From the NCBI GenBank assembly GCA_016192455.1, contig JACPUC010000019.1:248001-312000 (forward strand): DNA of 64,000 nucleotides, in the 5' to 3' direction. A program made the position numbers and the translations under genes. The notes under the pieces were generated by a model, which was not told the origin of the DNA, searched no databases, and worked only from the letters and a program-made list of their open reading frames with translations. Source of the DNA: Candidatus Tectimicrobiota bacterium (GTDB lineage: Bacteria; JACPUC01). Below are positions 59,986 to 64,000 of this stretch, piece by piece. Position 1 is the stretch's first letter. Every line of letters begins with the position of its first letter.

Positions 59986-61101
59986 TCAATGGGTTGCGGC
60001 CTCGCCGTGACCCATTTTTTCATGGATTGTCCGAAAATTGTCCGAATTCTGTCCGCGCAGGTAGTTCTGCATGCGCCTCATTGCGTCGCGGAGATCACGC
60101 TCGTTGGTGATGTCGTAGCGGTCGAAAACGCTCCGCGTGCGGTGGCCGCTTACCGCCATCGCCACCGTTTCCGGCACCCCTGCCCGCACCATGTTGCGTA
60201 CCGCCGTACGGCGCAGGTCATGGAAGAGCTTTCCCGGCACCCCAGCCTCCCGGCAGGCGTTCCGCCAGGATTTGCGAAACTCGCGGATCATGCGACCGTC
60301 GCAATGAAAGACGTATTCTGCTAGGAACGTGGTCTTCCCCGCCTTCACTCGTCGCGCTGCCCAACACCGCTCAATCAACTCCCAGAGGTCCCCCTCAAGG
60401 CTGAGGGTGCGTCCCCGCTCATTCTTGGACGCCTCAGGCTTCAGGTGCGCCACACGACCCCCACGGTCAATATCAGACCATGTAAGCGAGGCGATCTCCC
60501 CTTTCCGCCAGCCAGTCAGGTAGGCGAAACGGGTGAAATCCCGCAGGTAGGCAGGGAGTTCTCTCACCACTGGCTCTAATTCGGCATGCTCAAAATACCC
60601 TTGCCTCGCATTCCTTTCGGGAAGCCTTCGTATCCGCGGGCAAGAAGAGACGCGGCCCCGCTCCATCGCAAGCTTGAACGCCTGCCCCAGAAGCTGCGTC
60701 TCCCGGTTGATGGTAGCAGGCTTTCGCCCAGCCTCTAACCGCTGAAGGATATAGCGGTCAACGTCCTCCGCCGTCACATCTACGACCCGTCGTTGCCCGA
60801 AGCTGTCTTCAATAGCGCGGAGATGTGACCGAAACTGTGCTGCACCCTTCCCACCTTGCAGCTCGTAATGCTGCCGAAGAGCTTGAAACAACTCACTCAC
60901 CAGAATGCGCTCTTGCTCAGGGCCTATGAACTGTCGAGCACCAAGCTGATCTGCTGCCACCTCGCGGAGCCTCTTGCGCAGGAAGCGCTCCGCCTCCCTA
61001 CGATCCTCCGAGCCGCTGCTCTCGCGGTATTCCTGGCCACGGAGGCAGTAGGAAATCCACCACCTCCGGCCTCGTCGGAATACCCGGCCTTGACCATGCA
61101 T
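59986..61101 (-). CDS. int: Tyrosine recombinase / phage-type integrase
   Basis: Catalytic residues R (TGWRKGE), K (ASKN), HxxR (FHDLRR), H (SGHRT) and Y (FDRYD); N-terminal arm-binding-like segment. Confidence 0.95.
   Translation of the reverse strand: MHGQGRVFRRGRRWWISYCLRGQEYRESSGSEDRREAERFLRKRLREVAADQLGARQFIGPEQERILVSELFQALRQHYELQGGKGAAQFRSHLRAIEDSFGQRRVVDVTAEDVDRYILQRLEAGRKPATINRETQLLGQAFKLAMERGRVSSCPRIRRLPERNARQGYFEHAELEPVVRELPAYLRDFTRFAYLTGWRKGEIASLTWSDIDRGGRVAHLKPEASKNERGRTLSLEGDLWELIERCWAARRVKAGKTTFLAEYVFHCDGRMIREFRKSWRNACREAGVPGKLFHDLRRTAVRNMVRAGVPETVAMAVSGHRTRSVFDRYDITNERDLRDAMRRMQNYLRGQNSDNFRTIHEKMGHGEAATH
59988..60020 (+). terminator. Intrinsic terminator after the tRNA
   Basis: AATGGGTTGCGGC-ctc-GCCGTGACCCATT followed by TTTT. 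Confidence 0.7.
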
Positions 61102-61104
61102 ATG

Positions 61105-61455
61105 TCACGCCCTCCTCTGCTGCTGGCGAATGAAGCGTTCGATCCCCAGGGTCGAGAACCGAACGAACTTCCCCTGCCGCACCACGAACGGCAGGCTACG
61201 GGTACGACGGTAGAGCCAGTCCACCGTCACACACAATTTCGCCGCAGCGTCTTCCACAGTCAAGAGGCGGTCCTCGGCAGGGCCTCCCACGGCATGCCTG
61301 CCATCGGCCTGGAGCGCCAGCAGCCGGCCCATGAGCGCGCCCTGGGCGACGGTGAGCTTCGCCAGCAGCGCTGTTGCCGCTTCCGGCGACAAGGCAGTGA
61401 CCTGTGCTGGGTCGCCTGCGATGTCATCGAGAGATGGAACCGGTACAAGACCCAT
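61105..61455 (-). CDS. Excisionase / HTH_17-type DNA-binding protein
   Basis: RLLTVEDAAAKLCVTVDWLYRR..LPFVVRQGKFVRF; immediately upstream of int. Confidence 0.8.
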   Translation of the reverse strand: MGLVPVPSLDDIAGDPAQVTALSPEAATALLAKLTVAQGALMGRLLALQADGRHAVGGPAEDRLLTVEDAAAKLCVTVDWLYRRTRSLPFVVRQGKFVRFSTLGIERFIRQQQRRA

Positions 61456-61622
61456 CTGTTACCGCTCAGGCCCTCTGGACAAAGGAGGGCCATGATTTCA
61501 CCCTACGCGATCTACATGAACAACCTGCAAGCTCTCATCGAAACGTCCATGTACAGAACCTACTCTTGGGATGAGCGTTTACCAGGAGGCTTACCCCCGA
61601 TCTACGTGAGCCGTGCAGCTTG

Positions 61623-62042
61623 TTACTCACTGCCTTCGGGTTCAATCTCCTCGATAGTGCCATCGACGTGCTTTTTTGCAGAGTGAACGATCCTCAGAGC
61701 CTCTGCCCCAAGGTTGGCGGCGCCAAGCCTGCATACCTCGTTGGCGGTGTAAGTCACCAAGCCCTCAGGCACCAACCGCTTCGCCTCCTCCTTAGCCACC
61801 AGCGCCACCTTCTCGTTGAGCACCCCGGACCAGATGATGACGACGCTCTTCCCGGCGCGAAAGCGCTCCTCCGCCTCCTCTACCTGGAGTCGTCGCACGA
61901 TCTCCTGCTTGTGCTCGCGCAGGGTGGCGCGCAGCTCTTCAGAGACGGCGCCGGGCGGCGCATTGAGGCGGAGTTTCTCCCCACACACCTCATACTCCAC
62001 GCCCAGGTCGCGCAGTCTTGCCAACAGTTCGGTCGCCATCAT
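61623..62042 (-). CDS. Hypothetical protein with TubC N-terminal docking-domain-like region
   Basis: ATELLARLRDLGV...GEKLRLNAPPGAVSEELRATLREHKQEIV; ATGA overlap with the helicase gene. Confidence 0.6.
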   Translation of the reverse strand: MMATELLARLRDLGVEYEVCGEKLRLNAPPGAVSEELRATLREHKQEIVRRLQVEEAEERFRAGKSVVIIWSGVLNEKVALVAKEEAKRLVPEGLVTYTANEVCRLGAANLGAEALRIVHSAKKHVDGTIEEIEPEGSE

Positions 62043-64000
62043 ATCTCGATGATCTCCCGATCCTCTTCATCGTTCTCTGCGTCCTCCCCGTCTCCGCCGT
62101 GAGTCCTCAAGGTTAAGTCCCGCAAATCGCCGTCACCTCTGTCACCGCCGTCATCGTCTTGTGAATTCAATGAGTTACAGGTGACACCCTGGAGTGCCGG
62201 TGACTGGGCGCAGGCCGTCTCTACCGCCTCGTCGTCACCTTCGCCGTCACCGCTAAGTTGTTGATGTTTTTGGCGCTTTGTTGAGTCGTGCTGCCGGGTG
62301 ACGCGGGTGACGGCGTTTCGCGCCTCTTTGCGAATAATGATGCTACGGCGCTTCTTCGAGCGATCCCACTCAACGCTGATCCCCACTTGGCGCAAGCCAG
62401 GGGCGAGACGCCGCAGGCGCTGCGCAAGGGTGCTGGCATTTCTTGGCCAGCCGCGCCGCTTGGTAAGCGATTCTTTCCCCTGATCCCCCAGCATCCCTTC
62501 GAGGGCGCCCAGAAGCTCGGTCGCCATCCCGAGCCATTCGGAATCCCGTTTTTCCATAAACTCCTCAAGCACCAGAGCGACCTCATCGACCTGCAGCAGC
62601 TCCTCCACGGCACCTCTCCGGTTGCCCTCGTATGCTTGGAGGAATTCGCCGCTCTTCCAGGGCAGGGCTTCCTCGGCTGCGGCGACCCACCGGGCCACGT
62701 CTGCCATGCGCGGTAACCGTGTCAGGTGGGTGCTTCGCAGATTCCGCAACGCGGCGCACACTGCATCGAGGAGCGCGCCCAGTATTCTGGGCTGTGCCTG
62801 TTCGAACCCAAGCCACAGCTCGTCTTCCGTGGTCCGGGCCGTATCGCTCAGATGCGGGAGTTCGACGAAGATCGATCGGTCGGCAAGGTCCTGACGCTGG
62901 GCCGGGTTGTTGATGGCATTGAGCAGCACCGGCCGAGTCGCCTCGAAGATGATCTCGTCGGCATCGGTGTAAAGCTTGCGCGTCCCCAACCCGCCGCCTG
63001 TCGCCATGCGGCAGAGCGCGTCCGAGAGCCACGGGGCGATGGTTCCCAGGTTGTCGAACCCTAGAATCCATGCCTGGGATGCCGACACCACCAGATCTCG
63101 CTCTTCGCGGGGTGCGGAGCGAGCTGGCGCGGCGTTTGGGTCCACGAGCGCACGCAGCAACCTGGCGGTGGTCGATTTGGCGCTTCCCTGCTCACCCGTG
63201 AGGACGAGCACTGGATATGGTCCCATGCCCCTCAACACCGCCAGGAGCCAGCCGACCACTAGCCTGAAGTCATCCTCGCCTGAGAGGTTCAAGAATCCCC
63301 GCAGCTCCATGATGGAGCCGCCACGAAGCGGGGCTAGAAGAGGACGCATCCCGCCACCGCGGGTGAACTTCACCGGAGGACTCGTGACCAGCCGCCACCC
63401 CTCCGCGGTGAGTTCGACGGCCCGCCATTCTGCATCGCAGAGGTCCAAGTAGATGACGCCCTCTTTCCGCGCAACGCGCAGGAAGACGGACTCCTCGCGC
63501 CCCTCGAACTGGGCCTGCGCCTCCAGCGTGGCCAACGCCTCCTGAAGCGCGGCGGCATTCGCCGACCTTCGCCCTTGGCTGTAAAACCGGTACCGCAACC
63601 ACCGCTCAAAACCGTTACTTCGGATCAGCCACGTTTCTCGGTGCTCGCCGCTCGATAGGCTGGCGTAGGCCCTGCCATCCTTGTCGTGGAAGAGGTTTGC
63701 CTCGCGCGCCAGCTCGACGAGCATCTGAGCCTGGGATGGGTTGCCGCCCTGGTCCTTCGTCTCTTCTTCAGACGCCTCATCCTGAGCATCAGTGATCCTC
63801 GCACCGTGTGCAGCTTGCGGCATCTTTGGATCGAAGGGGGCCGTTGCCTCAATGAGCTGGAGCAGGTCATCCACAGTTGCCCCCTGGTTGAGGAAGTCGC
63901 TGACATCTCCCCCGGTTGCTTCCAGCGGCAGCAAGACGTTCTTCACTTCCGCGGCAACACGTCTCAGCGCCTTGCAGACCTTGACCGCCCCAACTTGGCC
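62039..64000 (-). CDS. Primase (Toprim-like tail)-helicase / P-loop replication protein, 5' end beyond the window
   Basis: Frame stays open to position 64000; LP..GGDVSDFL, Walker A GEQGSAKST, FDNL, SDALCRMATGGG..RKLYTD and DLADRS motifs. Confidence 0.8.
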   Translation of the reverse strand, partial: GQVGAVKVCKALRRVAAEVKNVLLPLEATGGDVSDFLNQGATVDDLLQLIEATAPFDPKMPQAAHGARITDAQDEASEEETKDQGGNPSQAQMLVELAREANLFHDKDGRAYASLSSGEHRETWLIRSNGFERWLRYRFYSQGRRSANAAALQEALATLEAQAQFEGREESVFLRVARKEGVIYLDLCDAEWRAVELTAEGWRLVTSPPVKFTRGGGMRPLLAPLRGGSIMELRGFLNLSGEDDFRLVVGWLLAVLRGMGPYPVLVLTGEQGSAKSTTARLLRALVDPNAAPARSAPREERDLVVSASQAWILGFDNLGTIAPWLSDALCRMATGGGLGTRKLYTDADEIIFEATRPVLLNAINNPAQRQDLADRSIFVELPHLSDTARTTEDELWLGFEQAQPRILGALLDAVCAALRNLRSTHLTRLPRMADVARWVAAAEEALPWKSGEFLQAYEGNRRGAVEELLQVDEVALVLEEFMEKRDSEWLGMATELLGALEGMLGDQGKESLTKRRGWPRNASTLAQRLRRLAPGLRQVGISVEWDRSKKRRSIIIRKEARNAVTRVTRQHDSTKRQKHQQLSGDGEGDDEAVETACAQSPALQGVTCNSLNSQDDDGGDRGDGDLRDLTLRTHGGDGEDAENDEEDREIIEI

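Larger units (their letters stand above)
59980..64000. mobile_element. Integrative element (phage-satellite/PICI- or IME-like) inserted at the tRNA-fMet 3' end; left part only
   Basis: Tyrosine integrase abutting the tRNA, xis-like HTH gene, primase-helicase gene; visibly less GC-rich than the flanking DNA. Confidence 0.85.

Overview
This is a GC-rich bacterial chromosomal window; the gene content suggests a diderm, Deltaproteobacteria/Tectomicrobia-like organism, but taxonomy cannot be proven from the sequence. Left part: truncated dgt, a TPR protein, a GT-C glycosyltransferase, and an ECF sigma / zinc anti-sigma / Spy-CpxP-CnrX-like cluster with Gly-Met-rich tracts and a decaying tandem duplicate. 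Next comes a minus-strand nuoEF-fusion, fdhA, fdhD, aor (Mo/W enzyme) operon, then envelope-modification genes, trxA and a partial cobalamin operon ending in a ChuX/HutX-like gene. Middle: an IspH-UbiA fusion, an MBL-2x cNMP protein, ubiD, a GAF-PilB ATPase, a fourth Gly-Met-rich Spy-like gene and a Liv-type ABC transporter with two binding proteins. Right part: glgP, panE, comEC, mtnP-hemL-ftsB and tRNA-fMet, followed by the left end of an integrated satellite/ICE-like element (int, xis, small gene, primase-helicase) that runs off the window. The most notable unannotated signals are: (i) an iteron/IHF-like origin array embedded in the 3' end of the element's primase-helicase gene, plus att arm-type repeats; (ii) a shared ECF-type promoter motif linking the Spy-like genes about 36 kb apart into a candidate Met-rich metal-stress regulon; (iii) an FDH alpha subunit lacking the His-ligated [4Fe-4S] ligands; (iv) a HutX-like gene translationally coupled to cbiA. 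All family assignments come from motif recognition by eye; no searches were run.
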